Made by a program: the position numbers and the translations under genes. Below the pieces are notes generated by a model that was not told the DNA's origin, made no database searches, and worked only from the letters and a program-made list of their open reading frames with translations. From assembly GCA_964187785.1 (NCBI GenBank), contig OZ076409.1, forward strand, positions 68,884,001 to 68,948,000: a stretch of DNA of 64,000 nt. Reading direction: 5' to 3'. This stretch comes from Amphiscolops sp. MND2022. Taxonomy: Eukaryota. This document shows positions 12,805 through 25,861 of the stretch, piece after piece (positions within the stretch are counted from its first letter, which is position 1; the number at the start of each line of letters is the position of its first letter).

Positions 12805-13540
12805 CTGCGGGTGCTAAGAAAAGTAAGCTACCGGCGTTAAGACCGTTTGAATAGGCTTCTTTCCGTAGGGCAGTGACGTACACGGGCTCACTTCTGGGCG
12901 TAGATCTCTCCATATACCAGTTGATCTTCTCTTGTTTTATCTCGTCGTTTGATTTACCGCAAACCTTGCAACTGTGACATCTCTGACGGCTTAGATCCGC
13001 ACACGGCAACACGTTTTGTATATGATAAGAAGCATGGAAACTGTCACTTACTGCTCGCGGCATAGGAGTGTCCAGTGATGGTCCCCTTTCGTGCTCAGGG
13101 GGAGACATAGGCGATTCTAAGATTGGTAGGACGGTGCTACATAGTTCAATCCTTGACTATTGCTTTTTGGAGGGCGCAAGGCACTTTTCCTTGTCAAAGT
13201 ATTTGACGCCTAGCTTGGGGGTAGAGGGAGGAATTGGCTGCGCGTTGCTAGGCCCCGCTTCCATCTCGTCCTCCAGTCCTTCGGTTGTCATTATTCGTCC
13301 TGCGATGAGTATCCGGCTTGATTTAACTTCCCTTTCGATCCTGTTGATCAGCGCTTCCGGATCCGTAGACCAGTCCGAGTCCCAATCACTGGATACCTCG
13401 TCCTCGCTGTCGCTGGAAATGTAAATTACGGAATCCGCCGATTCCTCAGAACTTTGTTCTTCGAAGTCGAAAAGTTTTTTTGATAAGTTAAATCTCCGCA
13501 TTAATTTTTTCTTTGCAAATTTGATTGATGCAAGAGGCAA
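12731..13540 (-). pseudogene. Extra sense ORF (ORF3, ~270 codons, one internal stop) at the env position of element A, ending inside the 3' LTR
   Basis: ORFs 13157-13540 and 12731-13108 are in the same frame, separated by one TAG. Acidic Ser/Asp-rich N-terminal part, Cys/His cluster (H..C...CHSCKVC). The C-terminal SQAA...GTLP motif recurs in the remnant at 38468-38554. Confidence 0.6.
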
Positions 13541-14383
13541 CTGGTTCAGTCAAAACTTTGAAGTAGAATGAAATCCCCAAATTCTAGAATTCAGTCGAGT
13601 CGAGCCTTTTGCCGGCATTTCATTTTAGCGGTCGAAACTTCGGTAAAACATCCTAATCCGGCATAAACATTCCTGAAAGGAATTTCATAATTGGTCGGCA
13701 GTCTTTGATAGTTTGATGTTTACCCCTCATCAATATCATCACTAGAAGAGGTGTGAATGACGCTCGAATCGTTAAGATCAACTGCAACAGTCTCAAGTGG
13801 GTAATTAACGGGCCGCTTGAAAACAATTAACGGCACGCGTCACTAAGACTTCTCAAAATGGCTTCAGCCAATCAGAGCCCAGCTTCGATAAATTGAAAAA
13901 TGAAGAATAAAATGACGTAAAATAATAATCCTGAATAATTCAAAATGGCGACAATTTCAACTGGGAGTAATTAGGATAATGGGAGATCCCGGCAAAATAA
14001 AACGGGGCAAACGGCCATAATCGGCCATTAAGAAAACAAACTGTAAATGATGAAGGTCTTTTGTACATTTCGCTGGCAGACTCCATGTACATTTTTAAAT
14101 ATGTAAATAATCATGTAATATTAGTCTGGTAATCGTCTTCAGCCACGAACTCCAACTTTCTGATTTTTTTTTACCCAATCTCAGTTCCAATTTAATTCCC
14201 TTTATATTCCAATTGTATTTTTACTTGGGCTCGCTTTGTTGACACCTGTTCTTCCTCATCTTCGACTCAGTTGCAGACTTTTCTCTGTTGGATTGTTCTT
14301 TTCCTTTCCTGTCGGATCCGGCCAATTTCCCAACTACTAGCAACCAGTCAATAATTTGTTCCCAACAGTTGACTCGTCACAGA

Positions 14384-17300
14384 ATGTCTTCTGCTGAAGG
14401 TTGGTTTGTTTCTGATTTGAACTTAATTTAACTTGATCAGGGCTAAATTTGTTCACAAAACGCTTCCTGTTTCCATCAATGAACATGTGCTAACACACTT
14501 TATTCAAGTTTTCAAGACACTTCCGGAAGTTTTCTAATGCGGTAAAATTGATTTCTTTCAAGGAAGCTCACCGCCAAATTTCATCTCTTTCTGTTTAGAG
14601 AATCAGAATGTAGACGAAGAACAAACTCCAACCAACACCAAAGAGAATATCCATGCACAGTCCGAACAAACATTGGACCAGTCTTCTGTCCTTGCTGCTA
14701 ATCTCGCTCACGATCCGATTCCGACTCCTTTCCCTCACGTCAGGTTTGTGACATTCCAAGACCAGAACATCACTGAATTCCCTCTCAGCACTGACAGTAA
14801 TGTGGATGTTACCGCTTACGCGACTGAGATGGTACAATGAATGGAGGCAAGCCAAGTTGCCAGAGCGCCATCGGTAGAGGAAACTGATGAAACCAGACCC
14901 GTTACATCTTCTTGCATGGAGGGCTTGTCTACCCCCACTCCTTGATCCTAGGAAAACTAGCACTCCGACGCAGACTGGTCGTAATCTGGGAGAGTCATCG
15001 AGTTTGTCCCAGCATGAGTCGCTCTTACAAATTGCTGTAACCACTTCCACTGAGTTCCCTGAACTGCCAGTTACTGCTACAACATCAGGAGGGGTTCCAG
15101 GTACCTCTCTCTTGCAAATAGAGGAAGACTCTTCATCAACAACCAGTGGTCCCCCCGTTACCAAAAGGGAAGGTTCGAGTAACCGAGGAGACTAGTGACG
15201 TCGATACTACTGGGGCGACATCTGGACTTGATGACTTTCCCCCCTTGTATGGAACGATTCCAGGTTGTTCAGAGCTCGAGTTCGAAAAAGGCACTGATAC
15301 TGAACTTGAGAATTACATCAACGACCCTCTTGGGACGTCAACAATGGGCACTCAACGACAGGAGGAACCACTAAGAGAGTTGTCTGGCCGCAGCAGGGCT
15401 ATTTTAAAATAGTATTTTGAGGCCGAAGACCGTTACACTTTCACTGTGGGTCACAGGACGGTAGCTTATACTGAGCCTCAGATCTACCACCTGTTGCGAG
15501 TCTTGACCGACGAGGCCATCAATATGACCTGTACGACCACGGAGCAAATGGTCATAGGGGCAGTGAGAGGAAAGCTTGCCACGGCTCCTTCGAGAATTGG
15601 GCAATTCAAGAGCCGAGCCCAGACTCCTAGACCCCATCAAGCAGGAAGTTCTAGTTCCGAAGGATTCCTCACCGATCCCGGACAGGATTCGGAGGCGAGT
15701 GGGGACTTTAGTGCACTGCTTGAAGTCGTGGTATATCAATCCAAGAGGATAGTGATAGTTCGGGAGAAATGGCTCTGGTAGCCGACAGTTTCAAAAGATC
15801 AACGATCGAGAACACCAGGCCCGCACAGCAATTGTTAGCACTACTCTAATCAGTTGGCAGAGGAGATGAGTCCACAGGACAAAGCAGTCTGGATAGTCTG
15901 GATGCGACATTGTCAGAACTACGAGAGCAACCTTCGACTCAAAACCCTCAAAGGAAAAGGTCCAGTAAGAAGGCCCGCAAACCCAAAACCACTCTGAGAC
16001 GAGGAGTACCCATGCGAGAAGAGTTCTTCTCCAAAATCGAATGAACTCGGTCCTTCATATCAGGCCCCGCAGATCCCCTTCATAATCCGCACATGGGCTG
16101 GTGCCACATGTGTAAAAAGAATTTTTCTGTGAAGACGAAAGGGTTGGTCGAAATTCTTAGGCACCATAGAACCGAAAAACACATCCGAAGGGACCAGCGT
16201 TGGCGCTACGAGCATCTCAGGAGCGTTGACCCCGTCACAGGAAAAATCCAACATAGGGTTAGAGTGAGGAATGGGAAGATCCTCAGTAAGGTTGAATTGG
16301 CACAGGAGCTTCCAAAGTTCATTCACACCGAACTCGTTGACGTAGAAGAAAAGTTCCCCTTCTATGAGGACTACCTCAAAGAAAGCACAACAGCCTTAGT
16401 AACTCCCCAGTCACGCTCTGAAACTCAAATTTGCCTCGTCGGGGACTTCATCCAAAGGCAGGGGGACTTAACCATCCTCCGGAATTTGTGGTCACGGGTC
16501 GGGTCCTTCACTGAATACCAGGTAGCCTTCCACGACTTTGATTGGAGCGAGGAGAGAATCACAGTAAGTATAATTCGTATGCCCTGTTTCCGGTTTTTAC
16601 TCACATGTTAACATATGAACTTGTATACTCACGCATATATGCACGTAAATAAACACATGGGAGCTAACATAGGTGAAATTGTTTTATGTTGTGAGTGACT
16701 CCATCCTGCATTTCAGGCTATATTCTAACAAATCTTCAACTGTGTCATGGAGGACATTGCTGAACAAGTGACTTCAGCACAGCATTTCTCCATCGAATTT
16801 GAGGACAGCGGGACAGATCGTCTGATGTTTTTGCGCTATTGGAGGGAAGCCAAACTCTGTAGGGTTTTCGTTTATCGTAGTGCACTTCCTGCTACTGACC
16901 TCACCGGCGAACTGGGATCCCTATCACGTTTGCTGTCGGTAGTGTCAACCGATCCCGACATAGTTGCTTGCTCAGGCTGCTCTGTGGACTACATTCGTAC
17001 CATTGACCAGCATCATTCCTACTCAAGAGGCATCCAGAGCTGCTTCCGATTTGAATCGCTTGATTTACAACTTCTGATGCACAAATTCACGTACAGTGTG
17101 TTTGGCCGAATTGACATGTTCTCCGTCCTCCAATGCCTCCTTGTTTCCCTAGGCGGGTCTCTCACGGAAGATTGGGTCCTGGAATCACCTGAACTCACTC
17201 GAGTTAGTGTATTTTGTTTCACTTGAATGGTAACACAGTATGGAGTGATAAGGACATGTAATGTGTGACACGTTTCGTAACATCATTGTATTTAGGCCAT

Positions 17301-18747
17301 AACCACCTGCAAATTGGAAGTGGATAAACTCCCAGATTTATGCCGGGATTTACTCAAGCGATGGAAGTCAGTCCTCCGATATCTGACTGTCCATTCCCGC
17401 CGACAGGAGAACCAAGGGGTGCACAACAAGGTCCAGCGCTTTGAGTGGTCCTTGATATCCGATGAGTTCTTCTCCGTCAGACTGGAATTCTTTCAGCGCC
17501 TCATCAACAACTGTGATTATGCTACGCTTCGGTATGCGTCGGTCACGTGTCCTGATATGGACTCTTTTGGTTTTGTGTTTCAGACGTCTCAAGTTTCACC
17601 GTCAATCTCTCTCATAGACGGGACGCTACCTTCTACCTCTGCGGGGAGGTTTGCAGATTCATCAGCCGGCTTTGCTTCCGGGTGTATCAGCCTGACACTG
17701 TCCCTCTCGAGAGTGCTTGGTTTCTCTTGCTGGATTTTCGGACTAGCGACGGGAAATTCATGAAAGATGACGAATTCTTGGTCAGACTCAAGATGACCAA
17801 CAAGGTGATTGCTGCTAGTAATCTGAAAGCCGCAGGATTACACTTCAACAAGAAGTCAAGTAAGGCTGTCATTGATAAGACGGCCGTCTCAGCCAAGTCC
17901 GACTTTATAACCAGTGCCAAGAAGTACGCCGAGCACCTACTCAGAGGTGTCCTCCAGCATACTGGTCTTAGCTCCGATATTGTCAAAGGGTTGGCAGCTT
18001 TTGACCCTTACATTATGATGAAACGGCCTACTGAGGTGGCTCTCCGCCACTTTGGCATCCTATATTCAACTTTCCAGTTGCGATCCTGGGTCACTGGGCC
18101 AAACGAGGCCGCGTGCAGGGACGAGTTTCTGGCATTGCTGGATTATATCCGAACTTACCATTCTTCCAACCCGAGCCTTACTAATGACTCAGCTGACCTC
18201 ATAGAGTTCCTTATGGAGCTTGATTTTCTCCAAACACATGAGCACCTCTGCCACATTTTCAAGTAAAGCTGTCTGTGTTTAACCTCTGGAAGTCCCCGAT
18301 ATCCAGTGTGGTGATGGGGAAGGTAGACACTCAAGGCCTTCAGTCTCGAATAGCCGATGTAGTTTTGCCTTGCCAAAGTTACTTATCTGAGGTTTCTGAC
18401 TCTCTGGCTTTCTGCTGTACTGATGTCAATCTTTAAAATCTCTCCCTGCTCTCCGCTTCATTCGGGCAGTCTGGACTCTGTTCCGACTATGATCCCTGGA
18501 CATATGTGGATAACTTCGGGCGTTCGTCCATTTACAAATCCTTTATGTCTTCTCATCGTTCCGTTCTTTCTGGGACAGGAACAAGTGCTAAGGATGTTAC
18601 TGCAGCTGACGTTCCTTCTGTGAGAGATGCTCCCGCTATTAGGCTGCCCAGCGACACCAAGCGAAGACGTATGGAAAGGAGCCAATCCCGGTCCAGGTGT
18701 CTTCTTCCGTAGTGATGGAGGCTACGACTAGCAACTCTAAAGACTAA
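14384..18747 (+). pseudogene. Antisense intron-containing accessory gene of element A: BED-type zinc finger plus hAT-transposase-like body (degenerate)
   Basis: Predicted GT-AG introns 14400-14598, 16564-16716, 17203-17295. Motifs WCHMC-x16-H-x5-H, FSIEFEDSGTDRLMFLRYW, RWKSVLRYL, LAAFDP. Several stops and frameshifts. Collinear with the gene at 45981-50259. Confidence 0.75.
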
Positions 18748-18967
18748 TTGTGCATATGTATATGAAACTGTAATTGTTGTTGATTTGTTTCTCTGTATTT
18801 CTTAGTTGTGATTCTATTTCTATGCCCCTATGTTTATCTCTTCCAAAGGGGGCTCTTTTTTGTCCCATTATTTGTTCAAAACTCACTTCCATGGGATTGA
18901 GAGAAAAAAACGATAAAGAAAAGAAGATAGGGTCAGGGCTTGTCTCCTGACCTGAATTCAGTCTTTT

Positions 18968-21900
18968 CTAGTATCTGAAGTCTTCTGAGTATTTTGGATT
19001 AGGATTAGGCCTCTGAGATTTCCCTCCTCTGGGGCTCAGACTTTCATTTCTGGCATTGTTTTCAGATATTTCGGGCACGATAATATCATCCCCCCTGTTA
19101 GGAGAATTTTGTGCATCGTTTTCAGTCGCTAGAGTTCTTTTTGAAAGTTTTTCATCATTTTTCAGTCCTTCGTCCGTATTCGGCGAAGATTTTTCTTGAG
19201 TTTTTTGGGAAACGGCCGGATTCGGCCAATCAAATTCTTGATTTCTAGTCGCTTCATTAGCTTCATTCCTTTTGGTGACGTCATCAGTTAATTGTTCATT
19301 CCGGCAGTAAGCCGTACGGTCAGCGTGATTTGATTCGTCTCTCGTGATTATGTAATCTACTTCATTCTCGTGTGCGTCATTTAGATTCAGTTGAGCCGCG
19401 CTCGGTCGTTCGCCATTCGGCAAGCTAGTCGGAATAGTATCGTGCCCTCGTGTAATCAGCTGCGCACCAAAGTCTGTTTCCCACGTTATGGTATATAAAT
19501 CGTCTTGCGGAATAACAATTTCTTCGTCAGGCTGCAGCGGCTGTTCTCGGAAATTGTCCTCAAGCGGTTGATTGGGGACAAACTTTTAAAGGCGAATCCG
19601 GTGCAGTATTTGAGTTTTGTTTGTATTAATTCGCCGTACGATATAACTTTCATTGGGCAAAACGTTTTGAACTCTGAATGGTCCAACCCAACGGTAATCT
19701 CGCAATGGAATTTTTGATCCTTGGTGATCCGCTTCCGGCTGTAAGACAACGCAGTAATCATTTTCCTTTAATGGAGCAGCTTTTGCCTTGCGGTCATAAT
19801 ACTCTTTGTACTTGATATACGACTGCATAAAATTCTGTTTTGTTTTGTCAATCAAGATTTTTGTTCGGTTTTGTATTTCTTCTGCAAATTCGGTTGTGGG
19901 ATTGATTTGCTCGTTTGGATTATTATCAAGCTTGTGATCCAAGATATTGTATGGAATCCATCCATGAAATACTCTCGTCGGTTCACAACCAATGCTGGCA
20001 TGGTAACTAGTATTATGATTTAGTACTGCTAATGGCAAGTGTTTGTGCCATTGTCGGCGGTTTTCTCCACATGCCATTTTGAGGTTTGTTTTCAGTGAGG
20101 CTTGAGGTTTGGGTTCGCTCTAATTTTCCAATAGTTTGCGGGTGCTTTGTCGTGGCGCATTTGAGTGTAATCCCCAAAATTTGTGTAATTTCCTCAACAA
20201 TTGTAGACGTAAATGCAGTACCTTTGTCAGTAATAAGTGTTGTCGGTAAATATGCATGTTTGGTCATGATGTTGATGAGCGCTTTTGCTACATTGATCGC
20301 TGATGCATCCGTAAGAGGATGGGCGAACAAATATCTAGAGAATACGTCAATTGCTGTTAGGACGTTTTCAAGCCCTCCGCTCGGGGGAAGATTCGGGAAT
20401 AGGTCGATTTGCATGGCGTCTTCATGTCCAAGGTCCCATTTGGCAAATTGAGCAGTTCAGGTGTAATTGTTGTGTTAGGGACTCTCTTGTCTCTGGCACA
20501 TTGTTCGCACCCGTCTACCCATCTTTTGACGTGCTTGGCCATGCTAGGGTAGTAATACCTCTGTCGGATTCCCTGCAACATTTTTGAGATACCATGATGT
20601 TTATGCGCTGTCCCATGGAGAGACTGAAGCAATTCCTGGAGTAAGTGCTGCGGGAGCAGAATTTGGTGGTATCTAACGTTCCCTGTTTCGTCAAAGTATT
20701 GCCTCGTCAGGATTTCGTCTTCAAGTACAATTCGTTCCAGGTTGTTTGCATAATGTCTGTATCGAGCATCCTGCTGCAGTAGATTCTCTGAATACTCTTC
20801 ATGAAGGAGTTTTGCCTTCAATTGTTGTAGTACTGCATCTTTGGATTGTTCGATAATGATTTGGTTAGTCTTCCTCAATCGGACTTGTATATCAGGGTGT
20901 TGCTTGACCAGATTTGTTGACAGAGTTTGTGTTGTAAAAGTGGGCTCATCAGGAGCTGGATTTTTCCTGATTGCTTCTTTCCTTGCCCAAAATTGTTCCT
21001 CTGTCTCATCGTCGTCATTGGTATAGAAGATTTGTTCTTCTTGTGACACCCCTGCGGATTGGACGTTTATTTCAATTGGTAACGTTTGTACATCTTCGCG
21101 AATCTTCATGACTAATTTGTCCATCGGGTCTGCTTCTAGACGGGACAAATAGTCAGCAGCCGTATTTTGTGCCCCTGGGATGTGCGGTACGACAAAATTG
21201 AACTGAATCACATAATCACACACATTCCACAGTGCTGGGGATATTATTTTCGTTTGAAAAAATTGTGTGACCGCTTTGTTATCTTTAAGGATAATGACCG
21301 GTTTCGGCGCACCCCAGAAGATATGCCCAAATTCTTTGAATACAAATTAAATTGCAAGGAATTCTTTGGCATAAATTGAGATCTTGATCTGTGCTGGGGT
21401 AAAGGTTTTTGATCTATATGCTACAGGGGCATAGGACTTTCTGAGTGACGTAAATTTTTGGCTTGGATCGTCTTCAATTAGGACCACGTACCCAGCTGCA
21501 CCAAAACTTGCATCAGTCATTAATGCACTTTGCTTGTTCGGGATAGGTCGTTGTAGGGCTAAGTCGCAACATTTGTCAAGTGCTTTATTGATTTCTTCGA
21601 ATTGCTGGACTAATTCTTTCGATATTAGGACTTTTTTGTCACTTTTCAGCATCTTCTGAAAGACTCGGGACATAATTTCTGTAGTAGTTCAGGAATCCCA
21701 AATAGCGTTGTAGAGCCATTTTCGATTTTGGGAATTTGGTTTTTTCTAAAAAGTGTTGTACATTCTGCTTTTGGGGTTTGACGCCTTGCGGGGTTCTCGT
21801 TCGTCCGGGGAAATCAATTTCTTTTGCACCGAAGTAACATTTGTGCATTGTCAACTTAAAGCCTGCTTCCTGAATGCATTTGAATGTTACTCTCAGGTTA

Positions 21901-24160
21901 GCTATGAGGTGATCAGCATCATTAGTTGCAATGCCGATATCACCCACGTACTGGGCACATTGGTCCGCTTTGATGACTTTATCAAGGTATTCCCTCATAA
22001 AGCTCGAAAATGCGGACAGAGCCCGGCTAAGGCCTTGTGCCAAGCGTCTGTATGCAAATGTGCGACTGGCAAAGTTAAAGGCCATTATTTCAATCGATCG
22101 TTGGTCAGCCATCGGCAGGCAGTGGTAAGTCAGTGAACAGTCTAATTTACAGAACAGTTTTTTGCCTGCTAAGTGTTGGGCGGCGTCGACTAAGGTACTG
22201 ACTGGGTGATTATTGTTTATATAATCATCCGATTTGAGGTTGTTGATTTTTCTCAAGTCAACCAAGAGTCTGAGTTTTCCGTTCTGTTTCTTTTGTGCGA
22301 ATATTGGACTCGCATATTTCGAGAATGGTAGTGTGGTGATTATGCCATATTTGTGTAACATGGCCAATTCGACCAGGATGTCTTCCTTCAGGTTGATAGG
22401 GGCTGGGAGGCTCTAGCTATAGGCTGGGGAGTCGTCCTTAGGTGTCAATTTCACCTTGAATTCCTCATTCATGCCTATATCAAATCTGTGTCGTGCAAAT
22501 ATATCATGAAATTCCACTAGTAATTCTTCGATCTTCTTTTCTTCAGGAGCAAGAGTGGAAGCTTTCCAATCAAAGTTTTCTACGAATTTTGTACGAGATT
22601 CTTCATCCTTGGTGGGGTCGAGTGTCTCCAGGTCTTGTAGGGTCTGTAATTCACGTAGAATTCGTTTCTGGATAGGCGTGTGTTCCTCGGGGTTCCCAGG
22701 GTTTTCTGGAGTTGGGAACCAGTAATTTTCAGAATTTTTGAAGATTTTTATTCATCTTGATGAGGCTGCTGACATAATGGGCTGCCTGTTCTTGGTCGTT
22801 TTGCAAAAAGTGCCAGGTTGATGCCGGGTCTACCGGTTTGACGTACTTCATTTGTTCTGGCGTCATGACGGAGAAATTAGCAATGTGAATTCCCTTTTTG
22901 AGCTTGTAAGGGTGGTCTGTGAAATTGTTCACTGGTATCAATATATTGCCATCATTCAGAGTGACCAAGGCTGGGCAAAATGTGATGTCCCCTTCTTCAT
23001 GTCAGAGGTCACTTGGTTGTAAAATGCCAGTCACAGCATTTTCAGGATAAAGTAAGGAATTGGTCCTAATTAGGACTCTGTCATTGGGTGGAATGGTTTT
23101 CTCAGTTGGATTGAGGATTGGTTCTAAGACATTTGAATATTTATCAGTTGTTTTGAGCTGCATTGAAAAAAACGGAAAGTTCAGAATTCCTTGTCTCATG
23201 TCCAGAACTGTATGGTTTCTTTGTAGGAACATCAGTCCAATAATCGGTCCTGTCAAGTGTTCCATTACTATGAAAATTTCATGGAATTCAATGTCACCAA
23301 CTTCGAATTTGAGCTCAATGGTACTCTTGGGAGTTTCCAGTTGCCCATTAGCGACCATGATTTGGAAGTTCGGGGGCGGACCTTCCCGGATGACTGATTG
23401 TGGAGATAGAAGGCGGATTTTCCGGAGGTCCATTTCAGGAATTGCACTGGACAGTGCTCCTGTGTCGATGAGTCCATCAATGGTCAAATCCCCAAAGTCC
23501 ATTGGGAAATAAAGCATGCGTTTCTTGCATTTGAGATTAATGTTGGTTGACAGGGGTATACAGTCTGGTTCACCATCTTTGGTTATGAGTACATTCTGGA
23601 ATTGTTTCTCGTCTAATAGTGATTGTGGTATGGATTCAGCAGTATTTTCAGGATTCTCAGTCCCCAGGGGATTTGGGAACACTGGGTGGTTTGTACCATC
23701 GTTCATTTGCCAATTTTCAATTAGTGCCCGTGTTTTCTTGTTGTGGGTAATTGGAGGGTTCTCGTGGACTGTTTTGTTGTAGTGTTCAATGTCGTCTAGA
23801 ACATACTGGAAAAGCAATAGGTCCTGGTTATAAATCTCGGTGTCCCAAAAGGATCTCTGCCATAGTCTGGGTCGATGTATGTTGGATTGTAATCATCGAT
23901 CAGGATAATGGGCCTAAACCGGGTAGTGAAGGTGGTTGTATAGTCAAGGTCCCAAACAGGAATTGGTTTCTGGAACTAATGGGTGTTATTATAGGTAATA
24001 ATGGTGGCTTTTTCCATCTGTTGCTGCCAGACAACGGAGGGATAGCCCATCAATTGTTGTTGGAAATTGTGAAAGTTTCTAGTTGGTTGGAGGGTCCGCT
24101 TTGATGTATTGGCGAACGGATACTAGTTCATTGTATTGGAGTCGTGGCGAAGTTAGTTTT
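18968..24160 (-). pseudogene. pol: pol polyprotein of element A (protease, RT, RNase H, integrase), fragmented
   Basis: LIDTGA protease; RT LRLLVDLRKIN...QYVGD (YVDD mutated); RNase H TDAS; integrase HHCC (LHGTAHKHHG...CEQC), IDL/TDKG/ER, WVGPF; split across many frames. Confidence 0.92.
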
Positions 24161-25861
24161 TTGACTCATCATTAGAAGATGAGGATTGGGAGCTTGATGG
24201 TGTCGGTTTGGTCTGAGGTTTCTGAGCTTTTGAATTGGGTTTATTGTCATTTGAGTCCTCGGGCCTAGTGAGTTTGGGTTTAAGATGCGCACCTGCACCT
24301 TGCCAACATCTTTCCTCCGGGTGGTTTTTTTTGCCACAAGTGCCACACTCCGGGTATGTTTTCTTCTGAGTCGATTTGCCTTGTTGGGCATCTTTCTCTT
24401 TTTTTTTCAATTTTTCGCAGTCCTTTACCATGTGCCCTTTTCCTTGCAGTAATTGCAAGTGATGTCCGACATTTGCCCAGTGGTCAGAGGGGTTTTGGGC
24501 TTAGCAGATGAGGAAGTCATTGTTGCCATCGGTAGGTCGTCTGACTCCTCAAGGGCGTTAAGCTCCAGTTCTCTCTCCAAATGAGCAACTTTTTCGTCAT
24601 ATGAGCCGTTTTTTAGTCTGGCCATTTTGATTGACCTTTTCAGTTTTGGTGGCAGTTTTGCGTACAGGAGACTGTCAATCATTTTCTGTGCGTGGTCTCC
24701 GAACGCCTTCTCGGCGCCTTGATTTAGTTCTTCAAGGAAATCAGGCAGCTCCATCGTATTAGGATCAAATACCAGACGGTGCCATTTATGTTTGGCGGTC
24801 GCCTGTGACTCAGGTTTGACGTATTTTCGTCGGAAAATGACTAGTACGTCTTCAAGGGTTTGCCGATTTGTCGAATTGATGTTTCTGAACGTCTGCAGAG
24901 CATTTTTCTTCAATAGTGAATGAAAATGTTTAATTTTCATCTGTTCGGTCATTTCTGGCTGCATCTTGATCATAGTGTGGAAAAGATCTTCGAACAGCTC
25001 AAATTTCTCACTTTTGCCATCAAAAGTCATAGTGTTGGAGTTGACTGGGCGTATTGTGAGTTGTTGAGCTGTTGGTCTATTCTGCATTGTAGTCAAGACG
25101 TCGGCCAATCTGGTAATGGGATCAGGATCTGCAGCTGTAGCGATTCGCTCATGCGCTGGGATCATCATGTCAAGGTTGATGTCCTCATAGGACTGATTGA
25201 GATGACTTCTTGATGGGATACGTCCTGTGAGAAACTCAGGAACCTGATTTGGAGATTCGTTGTCTCCTGTCACCATGTCATGAACGTTCAATTCAGTGTA
25301 ATCATTGTTTGACTGGTTCTCATCTTGTTCATTTCTCAAATTGTTCTTTGGGTTTAGATTTTGCTGAACTTCGGAAATTAGTTCCGGTCTCTCAGACGGA
25401 ATGTCCCATCCCTTTCTGGTCCCGTGTCCTGATCCGGCCATTATAACATTTTGGATTTGAGGAAGCACCTGAGTACTTATCGCATCACTTATGGCTCTCT
25501 GTATTTGGACACTCACAGAATTCATCATCTCGTCCATTTCTCGTGAAATGCGGGATTTTAATTCACTTGACAACCTGTTTATCTCAGCACTAGAGTTGCC
25601 TGTAACTGAATTGCGGTCACAATCGGTATTTGACCTAGAGTTAATATTTCTCTTGTTTCTACCTATGTTCCCATCCTCATTTTCGGATTCATTGCTTGCA
25701 AAGCTTCTAGATCTCCTGGGCAAATTTCTATTTAAACTGCCTTCTCTTTCTCTCGTGTTAAAATGGTTCTCGCCTAGCATGATATCTAAATTCTCGATGT
25801 CAGATAACATTTCAAGTCCCCTTGACTTTCTTGCCTTCTTCTGTTTTCTAGTGGTTGGCAT
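24153..25861 (-). pseudogene. gag: gag of element A (frameshift near 24440)
   Basis: Capsid-like region (FDGKSEKFELFEDLF...), zinc knuckles CNYC..GH..DC (split by the frameshift) and CGTCGKKNHPEERC; ends SKN* over AAAAAAC. Confidence 0.9.
25264..25275 (-). promoter_or_regulatory. Primer-binding site of element A
   Basis: TGGTGACAGGAG, complementary to a tRNA 3' end ...CUCCUGUCACCA (Leu-like by inference), directly after LTR. Confidence 0.85.
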
